This document shows, piece by piece, positions 28,701 to 43,500 of a stretch of 64,000 nucleotides of DNA. Location: assembly GCF_009914755.1 (NCBI RefSeq), contig NC_060925.1. One strand, written 5' to 3'. The notes beneath the pieces are model-generated. The model made no database searches, was not told the origin of the DNA, and saw only the letters and a program-made list of their open reading frames with translations. The position numbers were made by a program, and so were the translations under genes. The stretch comes from the human T2T-CHM13v2.0 reference genome, Homo sapiens. How positions within the stretch are numbered: position 1 is the stretch's first letter; each line of letters begins with the position of its first letter.

Positions 28701-31550
28701 ATTATCGAATGGAATCGAAGAGAATCATCGAATGGACCCGAATGGAATCATCTAATGGAATGGAATGGAATAATCCATGGACTCGAATGCAATCATCATC
28801 GAATGGAATCGAATGGAATCATCGAATGGACTCGAATGGAATAATCATTGAACGGAATCGAATGGAATCATCATCGGATGGAAATGAATGGAATCATCAT
28901 CGAATGGAATCGAATAGAATTATGGAATGAAATCCAGTGTGATCATCATCGAATGGACCCGAATGGAATCATCATCCAACGGAAGCTAATGGAATCAACA
29001 TCGAATGAATCGAATGGAAACACCATCGAATTGAAACGAATGGAATTATCATGAAATTGAAATGGATGGACTCATCATCGAATGGATTCGAATGGAATCA
29101 TCGAATAAAATTGATTGAAATCATCATCCAATGGAATCGAATGGTATCATTGAATGGAATCGAATGGAATCATCATCAGATGGAAATGAATGGAATCGTC
29201 ATAGAATGGAATCGAATGGATTCATTGAATGGAATCAGATGGAATCATCGAATGGACTGGAATGGAATCATTGAATGGACTCGAAAGGGATCATTATTGA
29301 ATGGAATTGAATGGAATCATCGAATGGTCTCGATTGGAATCATTATCAAATGGAATCGAATGGAATCACCGAATAGAATCGAATGGAACAATCATCGAAT
29401 GGACTCAAATGGAATTATCCTCCAATGGAATCGAATGGAATTATCGAATGCAATCGAATGGAATTATCGAATGCAATCGAATAGAATCATCGAATGGACT
29501 CGAATGGAATCATCGAATGGAATGGAATGGAACAGTCAATGAACTCGAATGGAATCATCATTGAATGGAATCGAATGGAATCATCGAGTGGAATCGAATG
29601 GAATTATGATCAAATGGAATCGAATGTAATCATCATCAAATGGAATCAAAAATAACCATCATCAATTGGTATTGAATGGAATTGTCATCAAATGGAATTC
29701 AAAGGAATCATCATCAAATGGAACCGAATGGAATCCTCATTGAATGGAAATGAAAGGGGTCATCATCTAATGGAATCGCATGGAATCATCATCAAATGGA
29801 ATCGAATGGAATCATCATCAAATGGAATCTAATGGAATCATTGAACAGAATTGAATGGAATCGTCATCGAATGAATTGAATGCAATCATCGAATGGTCTC
29901 GAATGGAATCATCTTCTAATGGAAAGGAATGGAATCATCGCATAAAATCGAATGGAATTATCATCGAATGGAATCGAATGGTATCAACACCAAACGGAAA
30001 AAAACGGAATTATCGAATGGAATCGAAGAGAATCTTCGAACGGACCCGAATGGAATCATCTAATGGAATGGAATGGAATAATCCATGGACTCGAATGCAA
30101 TCATCATCGAATGGAATGGAATGGAATCATCGAATGGACTCGAATGGAATAATCATTGAACGGAATCGAATGGAATCATCATCGGATGGAAACGAATGGA
30201 ATCATCATCGAATGGAAATGAAAGGAGTCATCATCTAATGGAATTGCATGGAATCATCATAAAATGGAATCGAATGGAATCAACATCAAATGGAATCAAA
30301 TGGAATCATTGAACGGAATTGAATGGAATCGTCATCGAATGAATTGACTGCAATCATCGAATGGTCTCGAATGGAATCATCTTCAAATGGAATGGAATGG
30401 AATCATCGCATAGAATCGAATGGAATTATCATCGAATGGAATCGAATGGAATCAACATCAAACGGAAAAAAACGGAATTATCGAATGGAATCGAAGAGAA
30501 TCATCGAATGGACCCGAATGGAATCATCTAATGGAATGGAATGGAATAATCCATGGACTCGAATGCAATCATCATCGAATGGAATCGAATGGAATCATCG
30601 AATGGACTCGAATGGAATAATCATTGAACGGAATCGAATGGAATCATCATCGGATGGAAATGAATGGAATCATCATCGAATGGAATCGAATAGAATTATG
30701 GAATGAAATCCAGTGTGATCATCATCGAATGGACCCGAATGGAATCATCATCCAACGGAAGCTAATGGAATCAACATCGAATGAATCGAATGGAAACACA
30801 ATCGAACTGAAACGAATGGAATTATCATGAAATTGAAATGGATGGACTCATCATCGAATGGATTCGAATGGAATCATCGAATAAAATTGATTGAAATCAT
30901 CATCCAATGGAATCGAATGGTATCATTGAATGGAATCGAATGGAATCATCATCAGATGGAAATGAATGGAATCGTCATAGAATGGAATCGAATGGATTCA
31001 TTGAATGGAATCAGATGGAATCATCGAATGGACTGGAATGGAATCATTGAATGGACTCGAAAGGGATCATGATTGAATGGAATTGAATGGAATCATCGAA
31101 TGGTCTCGATTGGAATCATTATCAAATGGAATCGAATGGAATCACCGAATAGAATCGAATGGAACAATCATCGAATGGACTCAAATGGAATTATCCTCCA
31201 ATGGAATCGAATAGAATTATCGAATGCAATCGAATGGAATTATCGAATGCAATCGAATAGAATCATCGAATGGACTCGAATGGAATCATCGAATGGAATG
31301 GAATGGAACAGTCAATGAACTCGAATGGAATCATCATTGAATGGAATCGAATGGAATCATCGAGTGGAATCGAATGGAATTATGATCAAATGGAATCGAA
31401 TGTAATCATCATCAAATGGAATCAAAAATAACCATCATCAATTGGTATTGAATGGAATTGTCATCAAATGGAATTCAAAGGAATCATCATCAAATGGAAC
31501 CGAATGGAATCCTCATTGAATGGAAATGAAAGGGGTCATCATCTAATGGA
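13750..31550 (+). repeat. Recent tandem duplication of a 5-unit, 8,879-bp block (about 13.75-22.6 kb copied to about 22.6-31.5 kb)
   Basis: Rare variants recur at exactly +8,879: 13822/22701, 15396/24275, 17934/26813, the 1-bp deletion at 19810/28689, 21066/29945 and 21928/30807. Confidence 0.93.
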
Positions 31551-34500
31551 ATCACATGGAATCATCATCAAATGGAATCGAATGGAATCATCATCAAATG
31601 GAATCTAATGGAATCATTGAACAGAATTGAATGGAATCGTCATCGAATGAATTGAATGCAATCATCGAATGGTCTCGAATGGAATCATCTTCTAATGGAA
31701 AGGAATGGAATCATCGCATAGAATCGAATGGAATTATCATCGAATGGAATCGAATGGTATCAACACCAAACGGAAAAAAACGGAATTATCGAATGGAATC
31801 GAAGAGAATCTTCGAACGGACCCGAATGGAATCATCTAATGGAATGGAATGGAATAATCCATGGACTCGAATGCAATCATCATCGAATGGAATGGAATGG
31901 AATCATCGAATGGACTCGAATGGAATAATCATTGAACGGAATCGAATGGAATCATCATCGGATGGAAACGAATGGAATCATCATCGAATGGAAATGAAAG
32001 GAGTCATCATCTAATGGAATTGCATGGAATCATCATAAAATGGAATCGAATGGAATCAACATCAAATGGAATCAAATGGAATCATTGAACGGAATTGAAT
32101 GGAATCGTCATCGAATGAATTGACTGCAATCATCGAATGGTCTCGAATGGAATCATCTTCAAATGGAATGGAATGGAATCATCGCATAGAATCGAATGGA
32201 ATTATCATCGAATGGAATCGAATGGAATCAACATCAAACGGAAAAAAACGGAATTATCGAATGGAATCGAAGAGAATCATCGAATGGACCCGAATGGAAT
32301 CATCTAATGGAATGGAATGGAATAATCCATGGACTCGAATGCAATCATCATCGAATGGAATCGAATGGAATCATTGAATGGACTCGAATGGAATAATCAT
32401 TGAACGGAATCGAATGGAATCATCATCGGATGGAAATGAATGGAATCATCATCGAATGGAATCGAATAGAATTATGGAATGAAATCCAGTGTGATCATCA
32501 TCGAATGGACCCGAATGGAATCATCATCCAACGGAAGCTAATGGAATCAACATCGAATGAATCGAATGGAAACACCATCGGATTGAAACGAATGGAATTA
32601 TCATGAAATTGAAATGGATGGATTCATCATCGAATGGATTCGAATGGAATCATCGAATAAAATTGATTGAAATCATCATCGAATGGAATCGAATGGTATC
32701 ATTGAATGGAATCGAATGGAATCATCATCAGATGGAAATGAATGGAATCGTCATAGAATGGAATCGAATGGATTCATTGAATGGAATCAGATGGAATCAT
32801 CGAATGGACTGGAATGGAATCATTGAATGGACTCGAAAGGGATCATGATTGAATGGAATTGAATGGAATCATCGAATGGTCTCGATTGGAATCATTATCA
32901 AATGGAATCGAATGGAATCACCGAATAGAATCAAATGGAACAATCATCGAATGGACTCAAATGGAATTATCCTCAAATGGAATCGAATGGAATTATCGAA
33001 TGCAATCGAATGGAATTATCGAATGCAATCGAATAGAATCATCGAAAGGACTCGAATGGAATCATCGAATGGAATGGAATGGAACAGTCAATGAACTCGA
33101 ATGGAATCATCATTGAATGGAATCGAATGCAATCATCGAGTGGAATCGAATGGAATTATGATCAAATGGAATCGAATGTAATCATCATCAAATGGAATCA
33201 AAAATAACCATCATCAATTGGTATTGAATGGAATTGTCATCAAATGGAATTCAAAGGAATCATCATCAAATGGAACCGAATGGAATCCTCATTGAATGGA
33301 AATGAAAGGGGTCATCATCTAATGGAATCGCATGGAATCATCATCAAATGGAATCGAATGGAATCATCATCAAATGGAATCTAATGGAATCATTGAACAG
33401 AATTGAATGGAATCGTCATCGAATGAATTGAATGCAATCATCGAATGGTCTCGAATGGAATCATCTTCTAATGGAAAGGAATGGAATCATCGCATAGAAT
33501 CGAATGGAATTATCATCGAATGGAATCGAATGGTATCAACACCAAACGGAAAAAAACGGAATTATCGAATGGAATCGAAGAGAATCTTCGAACGGACCCG
33601 AATGGAATCATCTAATGGAATGGAATGGAATAATCCATGGACTCGAATGCAATCATCATCGAATGGAATGGAATGGAATCATCGAATGGACTCGAATGGA
33701 ATAATCATTGAACGGAATCGAATGGAATCATCATCGGATCGAAACGAATGGAATCATCATCGAATGGAAATGAAAGGAGTCATCATCTAATGGAATTGCA
33801 TGGAATCATCATCAAATGGAATCGAATGGAATCAACATCAAATGGAATCAAATGGAATCATTGAACGGAATTGAATGGAATCGTCATCGAATGAATTGAC
33901 TGCAATCATCGAATGTTCTCGAATGGAATCATCTTCAAATGGAATGGAATGGAATCATCGCATAGAATCGAATGGAATTATCATCGAATGGAATCGAATG
34001 GAATCAACATCAAACGGAAAAAAACGGAATTATCGTATGGAATCGAAGAGAATCATCGAATGGACCCGAATGGAATCATCTAATGGAATGGAATGGAATA
34101 ATCCATGGACTCGAATGCAATCATCATCGAATGAAATCGAATGGAATCATCGAATGGACTCGAATGGAATAATCATTGAACGGAATCGAATGGAATCATC
34201 ATCGGATGGAAATGAATGGAATCATCATCGAATGGAATCGAATAGAATTATGGAATGAAATCCAGTGTGATCATCATCGAATGGACCCGAATGGAATCAT
34301 CATCCAACGGAAGCTAATGGAATCAACATCGAATGAATCGAATGGAAACACCATCGAATTGAAACGAATGGAATTATCATGAAATTGAAATGGATGGACT
34401 CATCATCGAATGGATTCGAATGGAATCATCGAATAAAATTGATTGAAATCATCATCAAATGGAATCGAATGGTGTCATTGAATGGAATCGAATGGAATCA

Positions 34501-37500
34501 TCATCAGATGGAAATGAATGGAATCGTCATAGAATGGAATCGAATGGATTCATTGAATGGAATCAGATGGAATCATCGAATGGACTGGAATGGAATCATT
34601 GAATGGACTCGAAAGGGATCATGATTGAATGGAATTGAATGGAAACATCGAATGGTCTCGATTGGAATCATTACCAAATGGAATCGAATGGAATCACCGA
34701 ATAGAATCGAATGGAACAATCATCGAATGGACTCAAATGGAATTATCCTCCAATGGAATCGAATGGAATTATCGAATGCAATCGAATGGAATTATCGAAT
34801 GCAATCGAATAGAATCATCGAATGGACTCGAATGGAATCATCGAATGGAATGGAATGGAACAGTCAATGAACTCGAATGGAATCATCATTGAATGGAATC
34901 GAATGGAATCATCGAGTGGAATCGAATGGAATTATGATCAAATGGAATCGAATGTAATCATCATCAAATGGAATCAAAAATAACCATCATCAATTGGTAT
35001 TGAATGGAATTGTCATCAAATGGAATTCAAAGGAATCATCATCAAATGGAACCGAATGGAATCCTCATTGAATGGAAATGAAAGGGGTCATCATCTAATG
35101 GAATCGCATGGAATCATCATCAAATGGAATCGAATGGAATCATCATCAAATGGAATCTAATGGAATCATTGAACAGAATTGAATGGAATCGTCATCGAAT
35201 GAATTGAATGCAATCATCGAATGGTCTCGAATGGAATCATCTTCTAATGGAAAGGAATGGAATCATCGCATAAAATCGAATGGAATTATCATCGAATGGA
35301 ATCGAATGGTATCAACACCAAACGGAAAAAAACGGAATTATCGAATGGAATCGAAGAGAATCTTCGAACGGACCCGAATGGAATCATCTAATGGAATGGA
35401 ATGGAATAATCCATGGACTCGAATGCAATCATCATCGAATGGAATGGAATGGAATCATCGAATGGACTCGAATGGAATAATCATTGAACGGAATCGAATG
35501 GAATCATCATCGGATGGAAACGAATGGAATCATCATCGAATGGAAATGAAAGGAGTCATCATCTAATGGAATTGCATGGAATCATCATAAAATGGAATCG
35601 AATGGAATCAACATCAAATGGAATCAAATGGAATCATTGAACGGAATTGAATGGAATCGTCATCGAATGAATTGACTGCAATCATCGAATGGTCTCGAAT
35701 GGAATCATCTTCAAATGGAATGGAATGGAATCATCGCATAGAATCGAATGGAATTATCATCGAATGGAATCGAATGGAATCAACATCAAACGGAAAAAAA
35801 CGGAATTATCGAATGGAATCGAAGAGAATCATCGAATGGACCCGAATGGAATCATCTAATGGAATGGAATGGAATAATCCATGGACTCGAATGCAATCAT
35901 CATCGAATGGAATCGAATGGAATCATCGAATGGACTCGAATGGAATAATCATTGAACGGAATCGAATGGAATCATCATCGGATGGAAATGAATGGAATCA
36001 TCATCGAATGGAATCGAATAGAATTATGGAATGAAATCCAGTGTGATCATCATCGAATGGACCCGAATGGAATCATCATCCAACGGAAGCTAATGGAATC
36101 AACATCGAATGAATCGAATGGAAACACCATCGGATTGAAACGAATGGAATTATCATGAAATTGAAATGGATGGATTCATCATCGAATGGATTCGAATGGA
36201 ATCATCGAATAAAATTGATTGAAATCATCATCCAATGGAATCGAATGGTATCATTGAATGGAATCGAATGGAATCATCATCAGATGGAAATGAATGGAAT
36301 CGTCATAGAATGGAATCGAATGGATTCATTGAATGGAATCAGATGGAATCATCGAATGGACTGGAATGGAATCATTGAATGGACTCGAAAGGGATCATGA
36401 TTGAATGGAATTGAATGGAATCATCGAATGGTCTCGATTGGAATCATTATCAAATGGAATCGAATGGAATCACCGAATAGAATCAAATGGAACAATCATC
36501 GAATGGACTCAAATGGAATTATCCTCAAATGGAATCGAATGGAATTATCGAATGCAATCGAATGGAATTATCGAATGCAATCGAATAGAATCATCGAAAG
36601 GACTCGAATGGAATCATCGAATGGAATGGAATGGAACAGTCAATGAACTCGAATGGAATCATCATTGAATGGAATCGAATGCAATCATCGAGTGGAATCG
36701 AATGGAATTATGATCAAATGGAATCGAATGTAATCATCATCAAATGGAATCAAAAATAACCATCATCAATTGGTATTGAATGGAATTGTCATCAAATGGA
36801 ATTCAAAGGAATCATCATCAAATGGAACCGAATGGAATCCTCATTGAATGGAAATGAAAGGGGTCATCATCTAATGGAATCGCATGGAATCATCATCAAA
36901 TGGAATCGAATGGAATCATCATCAAATGGAATCTAATGGAATCATTGAACAGAATTGAATGGAATCGTCATCGAATGAATTGAATGCAATCATCGAATGG
37001 TCTCGAATGGAATCATCTTCTAATGGAAAGGAATGGAATCATCGCATAGAATCGAATGGAATTATCATCGAATGGAATCGAATGGTATCAACACCAAACG
37101 GAAAAAAACGGAATTATCGAATGGAATCGAAGAGAATCTTCGAACGGACCCGAATGGAATCATCTAATGGAATGGAATGGAATAATCCATGGACTCGAAT
37201 GCAATCATCATCGAATGGAATGGAATGGAATCATCAAATGGACTCGAATGGAATAATCATTGAACGGAATCGAATGGAATCATCATCGGATCGAAACGAA
37301 TGGAATCATCATCGAATGGAAATGAAAGGAGTCATCATCTAATGGAATTGCATGGAATCATCATCAAATGGAATCGAATGGAATCAACATCAAATGGAAT
37401 CAAATGGAATCATTGAACGGAATTGAATGGAATCGTCATCGAATGAATTGACTGCAATCATCGAATGGTCTCGAATGGAATCATCTTCAAATGGAATGGA

Positions 37501-40500
37501 ATGGAATCATCGCATAGAATCGAATGGAATTATCATCGAATGGAATCGAATGGAATCAACATCAAACGGAAAAAAACGGAATTATCGAATGGAATCGAAG
37601 AGAATCATCGAATGGACCCGAATGGAATCATCTAATGGAATGGAATGGAATAATCCATGGACTCGAATGCAATCATCATCGAATGGAATCGAATGGAATC
37701 ATCGAATGGACTCGAATGGAATAATCATTGAATGGAATCGAATGGAATCATCATCGGATGGAAATGAATGGAATCATCATCGAATGGAATCGAATAGAAT
37801 TATGGAATGAAATCCAGTGTGATCATCATCGAATGGACCCGAATGGAATCATCATCCAACGGAAGCAAATGGAATCAACATCGAATGAATCGAATGGAAA
37901 CACCATCGAATTGAAACGAATGGAATTATCATGAAATTGAAATGGATGGACTCATCATCGAATGGATTCGAATGGAATCATCGAATAAAATTGATTGAAA
38001 TCATCATCCAATGGAATCGAATGGTATCATTGAATGGAATCGAATGGAATCATCATCAGATGGAAATGAATGGAATCGTCATAGAATGGAATCGAATGGA
38101 TTCATTGAATGGAATCAGATGGAATCATCGAATGGACTGGAATGGAATCATTGAATGGACTCGAAAGGGATCATTATTGAATGGAATTGAATGGAATCAT
38201 CGAATGGTCTCGATTGGAATCATTATCAAATGGAATCGAATGGAATCACCGAATAGAATCGAATGGAACAATCATCGAATGGACTCAAATGGAATTATCC
38301 TCCAATGGAATCGAATGGAATTATCGAATGCAATCGAATGGAATTATCGAATGCAATCGAATAGAATCATCGAATGGACTCGAATGGAATCATCGAATGG
38401 AATGGAATGGAACAGTCAATGAACTCGAATGGAATCATCATTGAATGGAATCGAATGGAATCATCGAGTGGAATCGAATGGAATTATGATCAAATGGAAT
38501 CGAATGTAATCATCATCAAATGGAATCAAAAATAACCATCATCAATTGGTATTGAATGGAATTGTCATCAAATGGAATTCAAAGGAATCATCATCAAATG
38601 GAACCGAATGGAATCCTCATTGAATGGAAATGAAAGGGGTCATCATCTAATGGAATCGCATGGAATCATCATCAAATGGAATCGAATGGAATCATCATCA
38701 AATGGAATCTAATGGAATCATTGAACAGAATTGAATGGAATCGTCATCGAATGAATTGAATGCAATCATCGAATGGTCTCGAATGGAATCATCTTCTAAT
38801 GGAAAGGAATGGAATCATCGCATAGAATCGAATGGAATTATCATCGAATGGAATCGAATGGTATCAACACCAAACGGAAAAAAACGGAATTATCGAATGG
38901 AATCGAAGAGAATCTTCGAACGGACCCGAATGGAATCATCTAATGGAATGGAATGGAATAATCCATGGACTCGAATGCAATCATCATCGAATGGAATGGA
39001 ATGGAATCATCGAATGGACTCGAATGGAATAATCATTGAACGGAATCGAATGGAATCATCATCGGATGGAAACGAATGGAATCATCATCGAATGGAAATG
39101 AAAGGAGTCATCATCTAATGGAATTGCATGGAATCATCATAAAATGGAATCGAATGGAATCAACATCAAATGGAATCAAATGGAATCATTGAACGGAATT
39201 GAATGGAATCGTCATCGAATGAATTGACTGCAATCATCGAATGGTCTCGAATGGAATCATCTTCAAATGGAATGGAATGGAATCATCGCATAGAATCGAA
39301 TGGAATTATCATCGAATGGAATCGAATGGAATCAACATCAAACGGAAAAAAACGGAATTATCGAATGGAATCGAAGAGAATCATCGAATGGACCCGAATG
39401 GAATCATCTAATGGAATGGAATGGAATAATCCATGGACTCGAATGCAATCATCATCGAATGGAATCGAATGGAATCATCGAATGGACTCGAATGGAATAA
39501 TCATTGAACGGAATCGAATGGAATCATCATTGGATGGAAATGAATGGAATCATCATCGAATGGAATCGAATAGAATTATGGAATGAAATCCAGTGTGATC
39601 ATCATCGAATGGACCCGAATGGAATCATCATCCAACGGAAGCTAATGGAATCAACATCGAATGAATCGAATGGAAACACCATCGAATTGAAACGAATGGA
39701 ATTATCATGAAATTGAAATGGATGGACTCATCATCGAATGGATTCGAATGGAATCATCGAATAAAATTGATTGAAATCATCATCGAATGGAATCGAATGG
39801 TATCATTGAATGGAATCGAATGGAATCATCATCAGATGGAAATGAATGGAATCGTCATAGAATGGAATCGAATGGATTCATTGAATGGAATCAGATGGAA
39901 TCATCGAATGGACTGGAATGGAATCATTGAATGGACTCGAAAGGGATCATGATTGAATGGAATTGAATGGAATCATCGAATGGTCTCGATTGGAATCATT
40001 ATCAAATGGAATCGAATGGAATCACCGAATAGAATCGAATGGAACAATCATCGAATGGACTCAAATGGAATTATCCTCCAATGGAATCGAATGGAATTAT
40101 CAAATGCAATCGAATGGAATTATCGAATGCAATCGAATAGAATCATCGAATGGACTCGAATGGAATCATCGAATGGAATGGAATGGAACAGTCAATGAAC
40201 TCGAATGGAATCATCATTGAATGGAATCGAATGGAATCATCGAGTGGAATCGAATGGAATTATGATCAAATGGAATCGAATGTAATCATCATCAAATGGA
40301 ATCAAAAATAACCATCATCAATTGGTATTGAATGGAATTGTCATCAAATGGAATTCAAAGGAATCATCATCAAATGGAACCGAATGGAATCCTCATTGAA
40401 TGGAAATGAAAGGGGTCATCATCTAATGGAATCGCATGGAATCATCATCAAATGGAATCGAATGGAATCATCATCAAATGGAATCTAATGGAATCATTGA

Positions 40501-43500
40501 ACAGAATTGAATGGAATCGTCATCGAATGAATTGAATGCAATCATCGAATGGTCTCGAATGGAATCATCTTCTAATGGAAAGGAATGGAATCATCGCATA
40601 GAATCGAATGGAATTATCATCGAATGGAATCGAATGGTATCAACACCAAACGGAAAAAAACGGAATTATCGAATGGAATCGAAGAGAATCTTCGAACGGA
40701 CCCGAATGGAATCATCTAATGGAATGGAATGGAATAATCCATGGACTCGAATGCAATCATCATCGAATGGAATCGACTGGAATCATCGAATGGACTCGAA
40801 TGGAATAATCATTGAACGGAATCGAATGGAATCATCATCGGGTGGAAACGAATGGAATCATCATCGAATGGAAATGAAAGGAGTCATCATCTAATGGAAT
40901 TGCATGGAATCATCATCAAATGGAATCGAATGGAATCAGCATCAAATGGAATCAAATGGAATCATTGAACGCAATTGAATGGAATCGTCATCGAATGAAT
41001 TGACTGCAATCATCGAATGGTCTCGAATGGAATCATCTTCAAATGGAATGGAATGGAATCATCGCATAGAATCGAATGGAATTATCATCGAATGGAATCG
41101 AATGGAATCAACATCAAACGGAAAAAAACGGAATTATCGAATGGAATCGAAGAGAATCATCGAATGGACCCGAATGGAATCATCTAATGGAATGGAATGG
41201 AATAATCCATGGACTCGAATGCAATCATCATCGAATGGAATCGAATGGAATCATCGAATGGACTCGAATGGAATAATCATTGAACGGAATCGAATGGAAT
41301 CATCATCGGATGGAAATGAATGGAATCATCATCGAATGGAATCGAATAGAATTATGGAATGAAATCCAGTGTGATCATCATCGAATGGACCCGAATGGAA
41401 TCATCATCCAACGGAAGCTAATGGAATCAACATCGAATGAATCGAATGGAAACACCATCGAATTGAAACGAATGGAATTATCATGAAATTGAAATGGATG
41501 GACTCATCATCGAATGGATTCGAATGGAATCATCGAATAAAATTGATTGAAATCATCATCCAATGGAATCGAATGGTATCATTGAATGGAATCGAATGGA
41601 ATCATCATCAGATGGAAATGAATGGAATCGTCATAGAATGGAATCGAATGGATTCATTGAATGGAATCAGATGGAATCATCGAATGGACTGGAATGGAAT
41701 CATTGAATGGACTCGAAAGGGATCATGATTGAATGGAATTGAATGGAATCATCGAATGGTCTCGATTGGAATCATTATCAAATGGAATCGAATGGAATCA
41801 CCGAATAGAATCGAATGGAACAATCATCGAATGGACTCAAATGGAATTATCCTCCAATGGAATCGAATGGAATTATCGAATGCAATCGAATGGAATTATC
41901 GAATGCAATCGAATAGAATCATCGAAAGGACTCGAATGGAATCATCGAATGGAATGGAATGGAACAGTCAATGAACTCGAATGGAATCATCATTGAATGG
42001 AATCGAATGGAATCATCGAGTGGAATCGAATGGAATTATGATCAAATGGAATCGAATGTAATCATCATCAAATGGAATCAAAAATAACCATCATCAATTG
42101 GTATTGAATGGAATTGTCATCAAATGGAATTCAAAGGAATCATCATCAAATGGAACCGAATGGAATCCTCATTGAATGGAAATGAAAGGGGTCATCATCT
42201 AATGGAATCGCATGGAATCATCATCAAATGGATTCGAATGGAATCATCATCAAATGGAATCTAATGGAATCATTGAACAGAATTGAATGGAATCGTCATC
42301 GAATGAATTGAATGCAATCATCGAATGGTCTCGAATGGAATCATCTTCTAATGGAAAGGAATGGAATCATCGCATAGAATCGAATGGAATTATCATCGAA
42401 TGGAATCGAATGGTATCAACACCAAACGGAAAAAAACGGAATTATCGAATGGAATCGAAGAGAATCTTCGAACGGACCGGAATGGAATCATCTAATGGAA
42501 TGGAATGGAATAATCCATGGACTCGAATGCAATCATCATCGAATGGAATGGAATGGAATCATCGAATGGACTCGAATGGAATAATCATTGAACGGAATCG
42601 AATGGAATCATCATCGGATGGAAACGAATGGAATCATCATCGAATGGAAATGAAAGGAGTCATCATCTAATATAATTGCATGGAATCATCATCAAATGGA
42701 ATCGAATGGAATCAACATCAAATGGAATCAAATGGAATCATTGAACGGAATTGAATGGAATCGTCATCGAATGAATTGACTGCAATCATCGAATGGTCTC
42801 GAATGGAATCATCTTCAAATGGAATGGAATGGAATCATCGTATAGAATCGAATGGAATTATCATCGAATGGAATCGAATGGAATCAACATCAAACGGAAA
42901 AAAACGGAATTATCGAATGGAATCGAAGAGAATCATCGAATGGACCCGAATGGAATCATCTAATGGAATGGAATGGAATAATCCATGGACTCGAATGCAA
43001 TCATCATCGAATGGAATCGAATGGAATCATCGAATGGACTCGAATGGAATAATCATTGAACGGAATCGAATGGAATCATCATCGGATGGAAATGAATGGA
43101 ATCATCATCGAATGGAATCGAATAGAATTATGGAATGAAATCCAGTGTGATCATCATCGAATGGACCCGAATGGAATCATCATCCAACGGAAGCTAATGG
43201 AATCAACATCGAATGAATCGAATGGAAACACCATCGAATTGAAACGAATGGAATTATCATGAAATTGAAATGGATGGACTCATCATCGAATGGATTCGAA
43301 TGGAATCATCGAATAAAATTGATTGAAATCATCATCCAATGGAATCGAATGGTATCATTGAATGGAATCGAATGGAATCATCATCAGATGGAAATGAATG
43401 GAATCGTCATAGAATGGAATCGAATGGATTCATTGAATGGAATCAGATGGAATCATCGAATGGACTGGAATGGAATCATTGAATGGACTCGAAAGGGATC

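Noticed and set aside
42671-42676. TATAAT resembling a -10 or TATA promoter element
   Set aside because: It is a chance product of a private substitution in human satellite DNA, with no supporting promoter context.
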